A stretch of 64,000 bases of DNA from the NCBI GenBank assembly GCA_011053055.1, contig DRHT01000014.1, positions 40,930-104,929 on the forward strand. Direction: 5' to 3'. The stretch is from Halopseudomonas sabulinigri. GTDB lineage: Bacteria; Pseudomonadota; Gammaproteobacteria; Pseudomonadales; Pseudomonadaceae. A program made the translations under genes and the position numbers. Positions 33,350 to 43,772 of the stretch are shown piece by piece. The notes under the pieces are model-generated. The model saw only the letters and a list, made by a program, of their open reading frames with translations. It made no database searches and was not told the DNA's origin. Position 1 is the stretch's first letter; the number at the start of each line of letters is the position of its first letter.

Positions 33350-33808
33350 TCAAACCTTGGTTAGGTCTCGGGAGATGCCGGAGCGACTGCGATTGCCTAG
33401 TTGGTCGTAGATGTTCTGCCCGGATTCGCCCTGGTTGCGCAGCAAATCAAGCAGGCTAGAGGTGCTGTTTTGACTATGCCGAACCAGTCGCGCGTTGCGG
33501 TCGTTGGCGGCTTTGCATTGCTCAAGGTTATCGAGGAATTGCTGATAGGCGGCGTGCAGATCAGTATCGCCAAGGCTGGCAACATGATTTTGCAGGTTCT
33601 GAGCAGCTACCTGGTGCGCGTTGCAGTAGCTTTTGATGCTTTGATCGTGATGCGCGAGAGCGTCGATCAGTGGGCGTTTTTCTTGCAGCAGCTTTTCCAG
33701 TTCGTCCATATTTTGCTGGACGATTGCGTCACGCTCTCGCTCAGTCAGAGCAAGGTAACGTTCGCAGTCCTGGTCAGCTTGTTGAAGAATGGCGTTCAAC
33801 TGATGCAT
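33350..33808 (-). CDS. flgN: Flagellar chaperone FlgN
   Basis: Track ORF trimmed to MHQLNAILQQ... (complement of 33806-33808) with a GGAGG SD. It is a 152-aa helical protein directly after flgM. Confidence 0.8.
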   Translation of the reverse strand: MHQLNAILQQADQDCERYLALTERERDAIVQQNMDELEKLLQEKRPLIDALAHHDQSIKSYCNAHQVAAQNLQNHVASLGDTDLHAAYQQFLDNLEQCKAANDRNARLVRHSQNSTSSLLDLLRNQGESGQNIYDQLGNRSRSGISRDLTKV

Positions 33809-33846
33809 GGGTGCCTCCGCAAGGATGGCCAGGGTCACACGGCTGG

Positions 33847-34170
33847 TCAGCTTTCGAAGCTGAGCAGTTTGTCTGCGATCCGGTTGCTGTCGACCTGATA
33901 ACTGCCGTCGGCAATGGCCTGTTTAATTTGATTGACCCGTTCACTGTCGACTTCCGGCAGATCGCGTAGGCGTTCTTCGATGGCTTGCAGCTGCTGAGCT
34001 TGCTGGCTCAGGCTAACCGATGAACGCTCGCTACTGGCTTCTTGTCCGGCAGTGGCGGTAGTTTTTGCGGCGTTGTCGAGCGTTGCTTCACGCTTGCCAG
34101 CAGCGCTGTTTGTTTGGTTATTACGAGCAGCCCCGGAAGGTCCGTTCGGCGAGTTGAAGTCAATGACCAT
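33847..34170 (-). CDS. flgM: Anti-sigma-28 factor FlgM
   Basis: 107 aa with a disordered N-half and C-terminal [29 protein letters not shown], typical of FlgM. Confidence 0.9.
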   Translation of the reverse strand: MVIDFNSPNGPSGAARNNQTNSAAGKREATLDNAAKTTATAGQEASSERSSVSLSQQAQQLQAIEERLRDLPEVDSERVNQIKQAIADGSYQVDSNRIADKLLSFES

Positions 34171-34208
34171 GATGAATTCCTCAAACTGTAAAATCTTCTC
34201 TAACCGCT

Positions 34209-34235
34209 TTAACGGCCGCGTGGCTGAAAACTTTA
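34209..34235 (-). promoter_or_regulatory. Sigma28 (FliA)-type promoter for flgMN(-flgZ)
   Basis: The minus strand reads TAAAGTTT-N11-GCCGTTAA, against the consensus TAAAGTTT-N11-GCCGATAA. It lies ~38 nt upstream of the flgM ATG. Confidence 0.7.
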
Positions 34236-34313
34236 GGGAAAATAAGTGTGAAGAGCATCACAGTATGGCGTGCTCGGTTTCTGTCGGCAGTATATCCGAT
34301 AATTCGCCATTCA

Positions 34314-35024
34314 TCACATCTCCACTCTGACTTGGCCGGCGCCGCTAACGCGGGCCGTTATCTCGCGATTGGAGCGAGTGTTGCGCACTTTAATCTGTGC
34401 GCCCAGAGCGCCGCTTTCCATGGCTTCGCCAGGCATTACCACGGAGACATTACCGTTGCTTGCGCGGATGACCACTTTGTCGCCCCGGCGCACAATCTCG
34501 TTCTGCTCAATGACCGCAAAGGTGATAATGCTGTCGGGCGAAACCGGGCGGGTGAGTCGCATGCCAATTGCCTGTTGTGGATCGACCAGGTACTTGTCGC
34601 GTAGCAAACCTGTATCGCGCTCCTGCAATGTCAGATCGTCGGCGTTGAGAATGGTATTGCGTGCTAAAGGTCGAGCGCTGACGACGACTTGCTCATACAG
34701 GCTGACTTGGCCCGGAACGAACAAGCGCCAAGGCGAGCTGCTATTGCAGGTGAGTCGTACCGTGACCCGGCCAACCGGAATGTTCGGGCTCTCGAGTTCT
34801 GCGCTGAGCTTATCTTCTGGGCAGATCGGCAGGCGTAGTCGAGCATCGAGCCGGTTCAGCTTGATTTCGTAGCGCGCCGGTTGACCATTGCGTGCGATGT
34901 GTTCTTGGACTTCTTGCTCAAGAAACTGGTTGGTCGCGCCGATAAGCTGATCAATGAGCGGGTTAGCGAGCAGTGGCGTTGAAAAAAAGATCGCCAATGC
35001 CGCGCACCCGGTGATAAAACGCAT
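34314..35024 (-). CDS. flgA: Flagellar P-ring assembly chaperone FlgA
   Basis: 236 aa with a signal peptide (MRFITGCAALAIFFSTPLLA) and a C-terminal SAF/FlgA domain. Confidence 0.9.
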   Translation of the reverse strand: MRFITGCAALAIFFSTPLLANPLIDQLIGATNQFLEQEVQEHIARNGQPARYEIKLNRLDARLRLPICPEDKLSAELESPNIPVGRVTVRLTCNSSSPWRLFVPGQVSLYEQVVVSARPLARNTILNADDLTLQERDTGLLRDKYLVDPQQAIGMRLTRPVSPDSIITFAVIEQNEIVRRGDKVVIRASNGNVSVVMPGEAMESGALGAQIKVRNTRSNREITARVSGAGQVRVEM

Positions 35025-35142
35025 ACAATTACCTTCATAACAAATGGTCGGTGCGTGTCATTTTACTGTCGGTTGGATAGCCTTAACGCCAATCCTGCAG
35101 GAAACATGCCGTATTGAGCTCAATACAAATAAGGAGCTGCCC

Positions 35143-36072
35143 ATGGCTGGTGTAATGGATTCAGTCAATCAGCGTACTCAGCTGGTTGGTCAGAATCGGT
35201 TGGAACTGCTGCTGTTCAGGCTGGCAGGCAACCAGCTATATGGTATCAACGTGTTCAAGGTGAAAGAGGTGTTGCAATGCCCGCGCCTGACGATGATGCC
35301 CAAGCTGCATCCGGTTGTACGCGGAGTCGCGCACATCCGCGGTGGTACGTTGCCGATCCTTGATCTGAACCGTGCTACTGGTGGTCCCGGGCTGGATAAT
35401 CTAGACACCGCCTTTGTGATTATCACCGAGTACAACTACAAGGTGCAGGGTTTTCTGGTGCGTTCGGTTGAGCGCATCGTCAACATGAATTGGTCCGAGA
35501 TTCATCCACCGCCAAAGGGCACCGGCCGCGATCATTATCTCACCGCAGTGACGCGGGTCGATAACCAGATGGTTGAAATTATCGACGTGGAGAAAGTGCT
35601 TGCTGAAGTGGTGCCGACCAACGAGAAAATTTCCGAAGGCGTGATCAACAAAGAGACACAGGCTGAGGCGCTTACCCGCAAGGTGCTCATAGTTGATGAC
35701 TCCTCAATCGCGCGCAAGCAAGTCTCGCGCTGCCTGCAGGAAGTAGGCGTGGAAGTCATCACGCTTAACGATGGTAGGCAGGCTCTCGACTGGCTTAGGG
35801 CCCAGGCTGATTTGGGTGAGGATGTAAGCAAGAGCCTGTTGATGATTGTGTCGGATATCGAGATGCCGGAAATGGACGGCTACACGCTGACCGCCGAAAT
35901 CCGCAATGATCCGCGACTGAAGAACTTGCATGTGATGCTGCACACCTCATTGTCGGGTGTGTTCAATCAGGCAATGGTCAAGAAGGTAGGCGCTGATGAC
36001 TTTCTTGCCAAGTTCAAGCCGGATGACCTTGCTCAGCGCGTTATTGATCGCTTGCACGCTACGCGCGAGTAG
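35143..36072 (+). CDS. cheV: Chemotaxis coupling protein CheV (CheW domain plus receiver)
   Basis: Track ORF trimmed to ATG 35143 behind AAGGAG. It has a CheW-like N-half (LELLLFRLAGNQLYGINVFKVKEV) and a REC domain (VLIVDDS...SDIEMPEMDG). Confidence 0.9.
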   Translation: MAGVMDSVNQRTQLVGQNRLELLLFRLAGNQLYGINVFKVKEVLQCPRLTMMPKLHPVVRGVAHIRGGTLPILDLNRATGGPGLDNLDTAFVIITEYNYKVQGFLVRSVERIVNMNWSEIHPPPKGTGRDHYLTAVTRVDNQMVEIIDVEKVLAEVVPTNEKISEGVINKETQAEALTRKVLIVDDSSIARKQVSRCLQEVGVEVITLNDGRQALDWLRAQADLGEDVSKSLLMIVSDIEMPEMDGYTLTAEIRNDPRLKNLHVMLHTSLSGVFNQAMVKKVGADDFLAKFKPDDLAQRVIDRLHATRE

Positions 36073-36131
36073 GCTGAATAAACGATGGCGCGGAATTTTA
36101 TACTGAACTCAAACAACGCAAGGCGGCGCGT

Positions 36132-36959
36132 GTGACTTTGGCTAATCAGGACTTTCTGGCATTTCGTGATTTTTTGGAAAAAGCCTGCGGCATTGTGCTG
36201 GGTGACAATAAACAGTATCTGGTATCAAGCCGCCTCAATCGGTTGCTCGAGCAGGAGAAAATTGGCAGTTTGGGTGAATTGGTCAAGCGTATTCAAGCCC
36301 AGCCGCGCGGCGGTCTTCGCGAGCTGGTTATCGATGCAATGACAACCAATGAAACGCTCTGGTTTCGGGATGTTTACCCGTTTGAAGTGCTCAAGAAAAA
36401 GCTCATTCCGGAGTTTATTAAAGGTAGTCCAGGGCAGCGCCTGCGGATCTGGTCTGCTGCTTGCTCGTCAGGTCAAGAGCCATACTCACTGAGTATGTCG
36501 ATCGATGAGTTTGAACGCAGCAACCTCGGTCAGTTGCGCGGCGGCGCGCAGATCGTTGCCACGGACCTATCCGGTGGCATTCTAAATGCAGCCAAAAGTG
36601 CAGAGTACGACAGCCTCTCCGTGGCTCGTGGTTTGTCGCAGGAGCGCCTGACGCGTTACTTTGATCCTTTGACACCAGGTCGCTGGGCGCTCAAGCAGGC
36701 GGTGCGCAATCGCGTCGAATTTCGTGCGATCAACCTGCTTGATAGTTACTCGATTCTTGGCAAGTTCGACATTGTGTTCTGCCGTAATGTACTGATCTAT
36801 TTTTCTGCGGACGTTAAAAAAGACATATTGCGGCGTATTCACGCCACGCTCAAACCCGGCGGATACTTGATGCTGGGCGCGTCAGAGGCCTTGAATGGCT
36901 TGCCTGAGCTGTATCAAATGGTGCAATGCAATCCCGGTATTGTGTACCAGGCACGTTGA
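36132..36959 (+). CDS. cheR: Chemotaxis protein methyltransferase CheR
   Basis: 275 aa with a GTG start. Motifs: ETLWFRD, the SAM motif IWSAACSSGQEPYS, and FCRNVLIYF. Confidence 0.93.
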   Translation: MTLANQDFLAFRDFLEKACGIVLGDNKQYLVSSRLNRLLEQEKIGSLGELVKRIQAQPRGGLRELVIDAMTTNETLWFRDVYPFEVLKKKLIPEFIKGSPGQRLRIWSAACSSGQEPYSLSMSIDEFERSNLGQLRGGAQIVATDLSGGILNAAKSAEYDSLSVARGLSQERLTRYFDPLTPGRWALKQAVRNRVEFRAINLLDSYSILGKFDIVFCRNVLIYFSADVKKDILRRIHATLKPGGYLMLGASEALNGLPELYQMVQCNPGIVYQAR

Positions 36960-36977
36960 TTTTTCCGCTTCTCCCGA

Positions 36978-37009
36978 GATTTTGCCGCCGCTCGTTGCGC
37001 GGCAAAATC
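36978..37009 (+). terminator. Hairpin after cheR (possible weak terminator)
   Basis: GATTTTGCCGC-N10-GCGGCAAAATC followed by a short T tract. A second hairpin plus T6 follows at ~37040-37076. Confidence 0.4.
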
Positions 37010-37121
37010 TTTGCCGCTTTCCCTCGATTACCGTCTTTGGCATTGCCGCCTGCCGGTAATGCATTGCCGCTTTTTTGACTCTTAATTGCTTAGTTCCTTG
37101 ATTTAAATAGATATTATTTGT

Positions 37122-37137
37122 TGGCATGCACCTTGCT
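37122..37137 (+). promoter_or_regulatory. Sigma54 (RpoN) promoter of flgBCDE
   Basis: TGGCATGCACCTTGCT has the GG-N10-GC spacing and matches TGGCAC-N5-TTGCW. It lies 54 nt upstream of the flgB ATG. Confidence 0.7.
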
Positions 37138-37190
37138 TTGTTGTTGGCATAGAAGTCTTTTGGCTCTGTGCCAGAGCGAGGAAGGTTGTC

Positions 37191-37595
37191 ATGAGTTTGA
37201 GTTTCGAAAACGCACTTGGTGTGCATGAACAAGCGCTTAAGTTCCGCTCTCAGCGGGCTGAGGTGCTGGCCAATAATCTCGCCAATGCGGAAACCCCCAA
37301 CTATAAAGCGCGCGATCTGGATTTCAGTGCGGTGCTGGCGGCGCAGCAGCCGGGCAATAGCCAGGCGGTTAGCGTCGCGCAGACCAATGACGGGCACATC
37401 GCCGCTGAAAGCCTGATCGATCAAGTGGCCGGCCTGAGATTTCGCACTCCGCTGCAGCCCTCGCTCGATGGTAACACCGTAGATCCTGAAGCAGAGAAGG
37501 CCGCCTACGCCGAAAACGCGATCGACTTTCAGGCCAGCTTTACCTTCCTCAATAGCAAATTCAAAGGGCTGATGACTGCCCTGCGAGGAGAGTAA
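37191..37595 (+). CDS. flgB: Flagellar basal-body rod protein FlgB
   Basis: 134 aa, with RAEVLANNLANAETPNYKARD. Confidence 0.95.
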   Translation: MSLSFENALGVHEQALKFRSQRAEVLANNLANAETPNYKARDLDFSAVLAAQQPGNSQAVSVAQTNDGHIAAESLIDQVAGLRFRTPLQPSLDGNTVDPEAEKAAYAENAIDFQASFTFLNSKFKGLMTALRGE

Positions 37596-37598
37596 TTT

Positions 37599-38039
37599 AT
37601 GTCACTCGATAAAGTATTTGATATTGCCGGATCCGGGATGAGCGCGCAGTCGCTGCGTTTGAACACGGTCGCCAGCAACATCGCCAATGCCGAGACCGTT
37701 TCCAGTAGCACCGGCGATACCTATCGTGCGCGTAACCCGGTTTTCGCCACTATTTTTAATGCCGAGCAAGCGACTGGTGCATCCCTATTCAGTGATGAGC
37801 AGCAGGCGGGTGCAGGTGTGCAGGTGCTGGGAATTGTTGAGTCGGCCGCTGAGTTGGAGCCGCGCTACGAGCCGGATCATCCGATGGCGAACGAAGAAGG
37901 TTATGTGTTTTATCCCAACGTTAATGTGGTGGAAGAGATGGCCAACATGATGGCTGCGTCACGGTCCTATCAGACCAACGTAGAAGTCATGAATACCGCC
38001 AAGACCATGTTGCAACGCGTCCTTACTCTGGGTCAGTGA
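37599..38039 (+). CDS. flgC: Flagellar basal-body rod protein FlgC
   Basis: 146 aa, with LRLNTVASNIANAET and C-terminal SYQTNVEVMNTAKTM. Confidence 0.95.
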   Translation: MSLDKVFDIAGSGMSAQSLRLNTVASNIANAETVSSSTGDTYRARNPVFATIFNAEQATGASLFSDEQQAGAGVQVLGIVESAAELEPRYEPDHPMANEEGYVFYPNVNVVEEMANMMAASRSYQTNVEVMNTAKTMLQRVLTLGQ

Positions 38040-38056
38040 ACGGAGATTTATAGATC

Positions 38057-38740
38057 ATGAGTGTCAGCAATAATGTGGCAGTGGGCAACAGTGTATTGGA
38101 TCAGTACGAGATCAAATCAGACCGTTTCGCCACGGGTGATGATCTGGGCAAAGATCAGTTCCTCGAGCTGTTGGTCGCGCAGATGAACAATCAAGATCCG
38201 CTGTCGCCCCAAGAGAACGGTGAGTTTATCGCCCAGCTAGCGCAGTTCAGTACGGTTGAGGGTATCGAGAATATGAACACCTCAATGGAAGCGCTGCTCA
38301 GCGGTTATCAGTCATCGCAAGCGCTGCAGGCATCTTCTATGGTCGGTCGCACAGTGGTAGTGCCTTCGGACAAGGCCATTGTGGATACCGCTAACGGCCT
38401 GGAAGGGCAGTTTGCTTTGCCAAGTGACAGTGGCGCGGTATCCATCAAGGTGCTCAACAGCTCCGGCAGCCTGGTGGACACCATCAATATGGGAAGCCTC
38501 GAAGCGGGTATGCATGACTTTACCTGGGATGGGCAGGACTCCAGCGGCAACATCTTGCCACCTGGCGCTTATACCTTCGAAGCTAATGCATCGATTGATG
38601 GCACCACCAAGCAGCTGGCAACGCTGTTGCCAGCCAATGTAGACAGTGTTTCGCTGGGTGCCGGTGAGAACGGTGAGCTGCTGCTTAACGTGGCTGGGCT
38701 GGGCAGTATTAGCCTATCCAATGTTTACTCGATTAAATAA
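38057..38740 (+). CDS. flgD: Flagellar hook capping/assembly protein FlgD
   Basis: 227 aa, with FLELLVAQMNNQDPLSP and a FlgD Ig-like C-domain. Confidence 0.93.
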   Translation: MSVSNNVAVGNSVLDQYEIKSDRFATGDDLGKDQFLELLVAQMNNQDPLSPQENGEFIAQLAQFSTVEGIENMNTSMEALLSGYQSSQALQASSMVGRTVVVPSDKAIVDTANGLEGQFALPSDSGAVSIKVLNSSGSLVDTINMGSLEAGMHDFTWDGQDSSGNILPPGAYTFEANASIDGTTKQLATLLPANVDSVSLGAGENGELLLNVAGLGSISLSNVYSIK

Positions 38741-38776
38741 CAGTCGTCCGACACTGACTGAGTAAGGAGAAATACC

Positions 38777-40168
38777 ATGGGTTTTAATATCGGTTTGAGT
38801 GGTATCCGGGCGGCTGCATCCGATCTGAATATCACCGGTAACAACATCGCCAACTCGGGTACTGTTGGCTTTAAAAGCTCGCGTGCCGAGTTTGCTGACG
38901 TCTATGCGGCATCGGTATTGGGCTCCGGCAGTAACGCTCAGGGCAGCGGTGTGGCGCTGGCTAATTCGGCTCAGCTATTTACCCAGGGCAATATTGGTTT
39001 TACCGAAAACAGCCTGGATTTGGCAATTAACGGTAACGGCTTCTTTGTAACCAGCAAAGAGGGCGCTCTTAGCTACACTCGCGCAGGTTATTTCGGTACC
39101 GATAGCGCGGGTAATATCGTCAACAATGCCGGCGAGCGTTTGCAGGGCTTTGGCGTGAACGCGGTATCGGGCCAGATCAATCAGGGTATTCAAACGGACC
39201 TGCGCGTGGACACACGCTCGGCTGATCCGAATGCCACAACGGGTATTACTTCCACGCTGAATCTGAACTCCACTCAGACGCGGCCGGCAGTTTTTACCCA
39301 GCAGTATGATGCGGCTTATGCTACCTCCATTGCTACCGCAGCTACCCCCGGCAGTCCGACTCCTGCAGAGATTGCCACTGCGCAAGCGGCGGGATTGGCA
39401 GCAGGGCAGGCGACGTTCGATCCAACCAACTCGGCTTCTTACAATAGCTCGACGTCGGTGAACGTATTCGACAGCTTGGGTAACTCTCATGTGTTGACCA
39501 AGTATTTCGTCAAGAACGACGCCAACAGCTGGGACATGCACGTGTTGATCGACGGTCGTGACCCGCAGACTGGCGTGCAGGCAGCGGATCCAGCCTTTAC
39601 GCCAAACAGCAGCTACGCCGTTCAGTTCAATAGCGTAGGTGAATTGACGTCGCCGCAGCCTTACAACGTTACCGGCTGGGCACCACTTGATAGTGAGGGT
39701 CAGCCAACAGGTGCTGATTCGCCAGTGGGTAGTCTTGCCATCAACCTGACCGGTTCTTCGCAGTACTCTTCCAGTTTCGCAGTGACCTCCGTGACCCAGG
39801 ATGGCTTTACCACGGGTGAGCTGGCGGGCCTGGAAATAGACCAGTCAGGTATGTTGGTGGCTCGCTACACCAATGGACAGACTAAGGTGCAAGGGCAAGT
39901 TGTATTGGCTACCTTCGCCAACCAGCAGGGTTTAACCCCGCTGGGTAATACCGCTTGGTCACAGTCTTTCGCTTCCGGCGAGCCGGTGGTTGGTGCGCCT
40001 GCTACGGGTACTCTCGGTGGCATTCAGTCGGGTGCGTTGGAAGCGTCGAACGTCGACATCTCCGAACAATTGATCCAACTGATTGTCGCGCAGCGTAATT
40101 ATCAAGCTAACGCTAAGACCATTCAGACTGAAGACGCTGTAACCCAGACCATCATCAATCTGAGATAA
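38777..40168 (+). CDS. flgE: Flagellar hook protein FlgE
   Basis: 463 aa, with [26 protein letters not shown] and C-terminal [29 protein letters not shown]. Confidence 0.95.
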   Translation: MGFNIGLSGIRAAASDLNITGNNIANSGTVGFKSSRAEFADVYAASVLGSGSNAQGSGVALANSAQLFTQGNIGFTENSLDLAINGNGFFVTSKEGALSYTRAGYFGTDSAGNIVNNAGERLQGFGVNAVSGQINQGIQTDLRVDTRSADPNATTGITSTLNLNSTQTRPAVFTQQYDAAYATSIATAATPGSPTPAEIATAQAAGLAAGQATFDPTNSASYNSSTSVNVFDSLGNSHVLTKYFVKNDANSWDMHVLIDGRDPQTGVQAADPAFTPNSSYAVQFNSVGELTSPQPYNVTGWAPLDSEGQPTGADSPVGSLAINLTGSSQYSSSFAVTSVTQDGFTTGELAGLEIDQSGMLVARYTNGQTKVQGQVVLATFANQQGLTPLGNTAWSQSFASGEPVVGAPATGTLGGIQSGALEASNVDISEQLIQLIVAQRNYQANAKTIQTEDAVTQTIINLR

Positions 40169-40199
40169 GCCAGCGGCTTATACCTCGGCGGTGATTCGA

Positions 40200-40243
40200 G
40201 CGGCAATACCGGCAATTAAACTTGCCGGTATTGCCGCTTTTTT
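40200..40243 (+). terminator. Strong rho-independent terminator after flgE
   Basis: Perfect 16-bp stem GCGGCAATACCGGCAA / TTGCCGGTATTGCCGC with a 6-nt loop, followed by T6. Confidence 0.9.
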
Positions 40244-40301
40244 ATTGGGTTATATTTTTAACTATCTGATAATAAACATATAAATATCAGTTTTTATTTA
40301 A

Positions 40302-40317
40302 TGGCATGATCCGTGCT
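40302..40317 (+). promoter_or_regulatory. Sigma54 (RpoN) promoter of flgFGHIJKL
   Basis: TGGCATGATCCGTGCT with GG-N10-GC spacing. It follows an AT-rich stretch and lies 66 nt upstream of the flgF ATG. Confidence 0.65.
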
Positions 40318-40382
40318 TTATCTTCTGTATCAAGAGCAAAAGCGGCAATTCCTTGTCGCGTAAGTTGATTCGGGAGAAGGGC

Positions 40383-41120
40383 ATGGACAAATCTCTGTAT
40401 ATATCCATGACGGGCGCGAGCCAGAACGCGCTTGCGCAGCGCTCGCACGCCAACAACCTGGCCAACCTCACCACCACTGGGTTTCGCAAGGACTTTGAGC
40501 AGGCCCGTTCCATGCCCGTATATGGCGACGGCTTTGCTACGCGTGCCTATGCCATGACCGAGCGCCCGGGCACCGACATGTCTGCTGGCAGCATGCAAGA
40601 GACCGGTCGTGAGCTGGATGTTGCGGTGCAAGGTGAGGGCTGGATTGCAGTGCAGGCCCCCGATGGCACCGAAGCCTATACCCGCGCCGGTAATCTTAAA
40701 GTTGATGTGTTCGGCATTCTGCGTACCAGCAGCGGCATGCCGGTGTTGGGCAACGGTGGGCCGATCGCCATACCGCCAGCAGAAAAAATCGAAATTGGCT
40801 CAGACGGCACCATCAGTATTCGTGCGCTGGGTGAGGCGCCGACCGTCATGGCGGAAGTTGACCGTATCAAATTGGTCAACCCTGACCCGGGCACCATGCG
40901 TAAGGCTGCAGACGGCTTGATGCGCGGCGACGGCTTGGAGCAGCCTGCCGATGGGGCAGTTCAGGTGGCTACCGGCTTTCTGGAAGGCAGTAACGTCAAC
41001 GCCGTCGAAGAAATGACCTCTATGTTGGCGCTAGCGCGACAGTTTGAACTGCACGTGAAAATGATGCGCACCGCAGACGAAAACGCACAGGCATCCGATC
41101 GAGTCCTGCAAATCAGTTAA
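40383..41120 (+). CDS. flgF: Flagellar basal-body rod protein FlgF
   Basis: Track ORF (TTG 40353) trimmed to ATG 40383 behind GGGAGAAGG. The product starts MDKSLYISMTGASQN.... Confidence 0.93.
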   Translation: MDKSLYISMTGASQNALAQRSHANNLANLTTTGFRKDFEQARSMPVYGDGFATRAYAMTERPGTDMSAGSMQETGRELDVAVQGEGWIAVQAPDGTEAYTRAGNLKVDVFGILRTSSGMPVLGNGGPIAIPPAEKIEIGSDGTISIRALGEAPTVMAEVDRIKLVNPDPGTMRKAADGLMRGDGLEQPADGAVQVATGFLEGSNVNAVEEMTSMLALARQFELHVKMMRTADENAQASDRVLQIS

Positions 41121-41165
41121 CGTTTAATAGCAGTGTCAGTTAACTGACACGCGAGGAGAGACAGC

Positions 41166-41951
41166 ATGCTCGCAGCACTTTGGGTAAGCAAAACCGGTTT
41201 GTCCGCTCAGGACACCATGCTAACCACGATTTCCAACAACTTGGCCAACGTGTCCACCACCGGCTTTAAACGTGATCGTCCCGAGTTTGAAGATCTGTTG
41301 TATCAGGTCAAGCGCCAACCCGGCGGGCAAAGCACGCAGGACACTCAGCTGCCTTCAGGTCTGCAGCTGGGTACCGGTGTGCGAGTAGTAGGGACCCAGA
41401 AAATCTTTACCGAAGGCACCCTGCAGACCACCGAGCAGCCGCTTGATATGGCAGTGAATGGTCGTGGTTTTTTCCAAATTCTGATGCCGGATGGCAACTT
41501 GGGTTATACCCGCGACGGTAGCTTTCACCTCGACGCCGATGGCCAGATCGTAACCTCCAACGGCTTTCCTTTGGAGCCCGGCATTGTGTTGCCTGACGAT
41601 GTGCAGAACCTGACCATCGGTGAAGATGGCACCGTCAGCATTTCGGTGTTCGGCGACCCGGGTATTCAGCAGTTGGGCAATCTGCAAACAGCCGACTTTA
41701 TTAACCCCGCTGGCCTGCAGTCAATTGGTAACAACCTGTTCCTGGAGACCGCCGCCAGTGGTGCGCCACAAACCGGCAACCCCGGCGAAAATGGCTTGGG
41801 CACTGTGCTGCAGAACACCCTTGAGAACTCTAACGTGAGCGTCGTCGAGGAGCTGGTGAACATGATCACCACCCAGCGCGCTTACGAAATGAACTCCAAA
41901 GTTATTTCCACCGCAGACCAGATGCTGCAGTACATCAGTCAGAACCTCTGA
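41166..41951 (+). CDS. flgG: Flagellar distal rod protein FlgG
   Basis: 261 aa, with LWVSKTGLSAQDTMLTTISNNLANVST and C-terminal MITTQRAYEMNSKVI. Confidence 0.97.
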   Translation: MLAALWVSKTGLSAQDTMLTTISNNLANVSTTGFKRDRPEFEDLLYQVKRQPGGQSTQDTQLPSGLQLGTGVRVVGTQKIFTEGTLQTTEQPLDMAVNGRGFFQILMPDGNLGYTRDGSFHLDADGQIVTSNGFPLEPGIVLPDDVQNLTIGEDGTVSISVFGDPGIQQLGNLQTADFINPAGLQSIGNNLFLETAASGAPQTGNPGENGLGTVLQNTLENSNVSVVEELVNMITTQRAYEMNSKVISTADQMLQYISQNL

Positions 41952-41966
41952 CGGGAGTGATCGGCA

Positions 41967-42644
41967 ATGAACATGTTGCGTAACGCATTGGTGCTTTTCG
42001 GCTTGGCGAGTCTGGTTGGCTGCGTGCAGATGCCGCCCACCCGCGACGATCCGGCTTATGCTCCGGTGCTGCCGCGCACGCCGTTGCCACAGGAGTTGAA
42101 TAACGGCGCGATTTATCAGCCTGGCTTTGAGATGAGTCTGTACAACGACCGCAAGGCGCATCGCGTGGGTGACATCATTACCATCACTTTGAGCGAGCAG
42201 ACCGCTGCTAAGAAGAAAGCTGAGAACCAAATCGACAAGGACAGCTCAGCGTCCATCGCTAACCCGACGTTGCTGGGTAACGTGGTTGGCGCCAAGGGTT
42301 TGGATCTGGGCGTCAGCCTTTCCGGAGAGCGCAGCTTTGACGGCGCATCCGACGCCAACCAGAGCAATAGTCTGACCGGTGCGATTACCGTCACCGTGGC
42401 AGAGGTGCTACCCAACGGCATTCTGGCGGTGCGCGGTGAGAAGTGGATCACCCTGAACCAAGGGGATGAGCTGATACGTATTTCCGGTTTAGTGCGCACG
42501 GATGACATAGGCCCGGATAACACCGTGCTGTCCACCCGCGTCGCTGATGCCCGCATTACCTATTCCGGTAACGGCGCTTTCGCCAATGCCAGTCAGCCGG
42601 GTTGGTTGAACCAGTTCTTCCTCAGCCCACTGTGGCCTTTCTGA
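41967..42644 (+). CDS. flgH: Flagellar L-ring lipoprotein FlgH
   Basis: 225 aa with the lipobox LASLVGC and the FlgH core [10 protein letters not shown]. Confidence 0.95.
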   Translation: MNMLRNALVLFGLASLVGCVQMPPTRDDPAYAPVLPRTPLPQELNNGAIYQPGFEMSLYNDRKAHRVGDIITITLSEQTAAKKKAENQIDKDSSASIANPTLLGNVVGAKGLDLGVSLSGERSFDGASDANQSNSLTGAITVTVAEVLPNGILAVRGEKWITLNQGDELIRISGLVRTDDIGPDNTVLSTRVADARITYSGNGAFANASQPGWLNQFFLSPLWPF

Positions 42645-42657
42645 CAGGAGAGACAAG

Positions 42658-43758
42658 ATGCGCTTTTTTTCGCTCTGCTTATGCCTGCTATTGGCCAGCC
42701 CTCTGGCCCTGGCCGACCGCCTGAAGGATATCGGTAATATTGCCGGCGTCCGCAGCAACCAATTAATTGGTTACGGCTTGGTAGTAGGTTTGGATGGCTC
42801 CGGCGATCAGACCAGCCAGACGCCATTTACCGTGCAAACTTTTACCAACATGCTGGCGCAATTCGGTATTACGGTTCCGCCGGGTACGCGTATTCAGATG
42901 AAAAACGTTGCCGCGGTGGCGATTCATGCTGACCTGCCACCGTTTTCACGCCCTGGCCAAACCATCGACATCACGGTGTCTTCTATCGGTAACGCCAAGA
43001 GTTTACGCGGCGGCAGTCTGCTGATGACACCGCTGAAAGGTATTGATGGTGAGGTTTACGCGATTGCCCAGGGCAATCTGGTGGTCGGCGGCTTTGGTGC
43101 TGAAGGCTCAGACGGATCGCGGATCACCGTTAATATCCCTAGCGCCGGCCGCATTCCTAATGGCGCCATGGTCGAGCGTGCGGTGGCCAGTCCGTTCAAC
43201 TCCGGTGACCACCTGACTTTCAATTTGCATCGGGCAGACTTCACAACTGCCAAGCGGGTAGTGGACCAGATCAACAACACATTCGGACCGGGCGTAGCGC
43301 AAGCGTTAGACGGCGGCAGCATTCGGGTACGCGCACCCATTGATCCAAACCAACGGGTTGATTACATGGCGATGATCGAGAACCTGACCATCGACCAGGG
43401 CAATGCCGCCGCTAAAGTCATTATCAACTCGCGGACTGGCACTATCGTGATTGGTCAAGACGTGCGGGTGCAACCGGCAGCGGTCACGCACGGCAATCTG
43501 ACTGTCACCATCAGCGAGAACATCAACGTCAGCCAGCCTGACGGCGTCCTGTCCGGCGGTCAAACCGTGGTGGCGCCCAGCTCGCAGATCAATATCGATC
43601 AGGGCGACAGTCGTATGTTTGTGTTCAATCCGGGTGTCTCGCTGGATGAAATCGTGCGTGCGGTCAATCAGGTGGGCGCTGCCCCCGGTGACCTGATGGC
43701 GATTCTCGAAGCACTCAAGCAGGCCGGCGCCTTGAACGCCGATCTGGTTATCATCTGA
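42658..43758 (+). CDS. flgI: Flagellar P-ring protein FlgI
   Basis: 366 aa with a signal peptide, [30 protein letters not shown]. Confidence 0.97.
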   Translation: MRFFSLCLCLLLASPLALADRLKDIGNIAGVRSNQLIGYGLVVGLDGSGDQTSQTPFTVQTFTNMLAQFGITVPPGTRIQMKNVAAVAIHADLPPFSRPGQTIDITVSSIGNAKSLRGGSLLMTPLKGIDGEVYAIAQGNLVVGGFGAEGSDGSRITVNIPSAGRIPNGAMVERAVASPFNSGDHLTFNLHRADFTTAKRVVDQINNTFGPGVAQALDGGSIRVRAPIDPNQRVDYMAMIENLTIDQGNAAAKVIINSRTGTIVIGQDVRVQPAAVTHGNLTVTISENINVSQPDGVLSGGQTVVAPSSQINIDQGDSRMFVFNPGVSLDEIVRAVNQVGAAPGDLMAILEALKQAGALNADLVII

Positions 43759-43772
43759 GTCCGGAGGCCAGC

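Noticed and set aside
35025-35142. Possible sigma28/sigma54 promoter for cheV in the flgA-cheV divergent region
   Set aside because: TTAACGCC...GCCGTATT has the wrong spacing for FliA, and no GG-N10-GC element is present.
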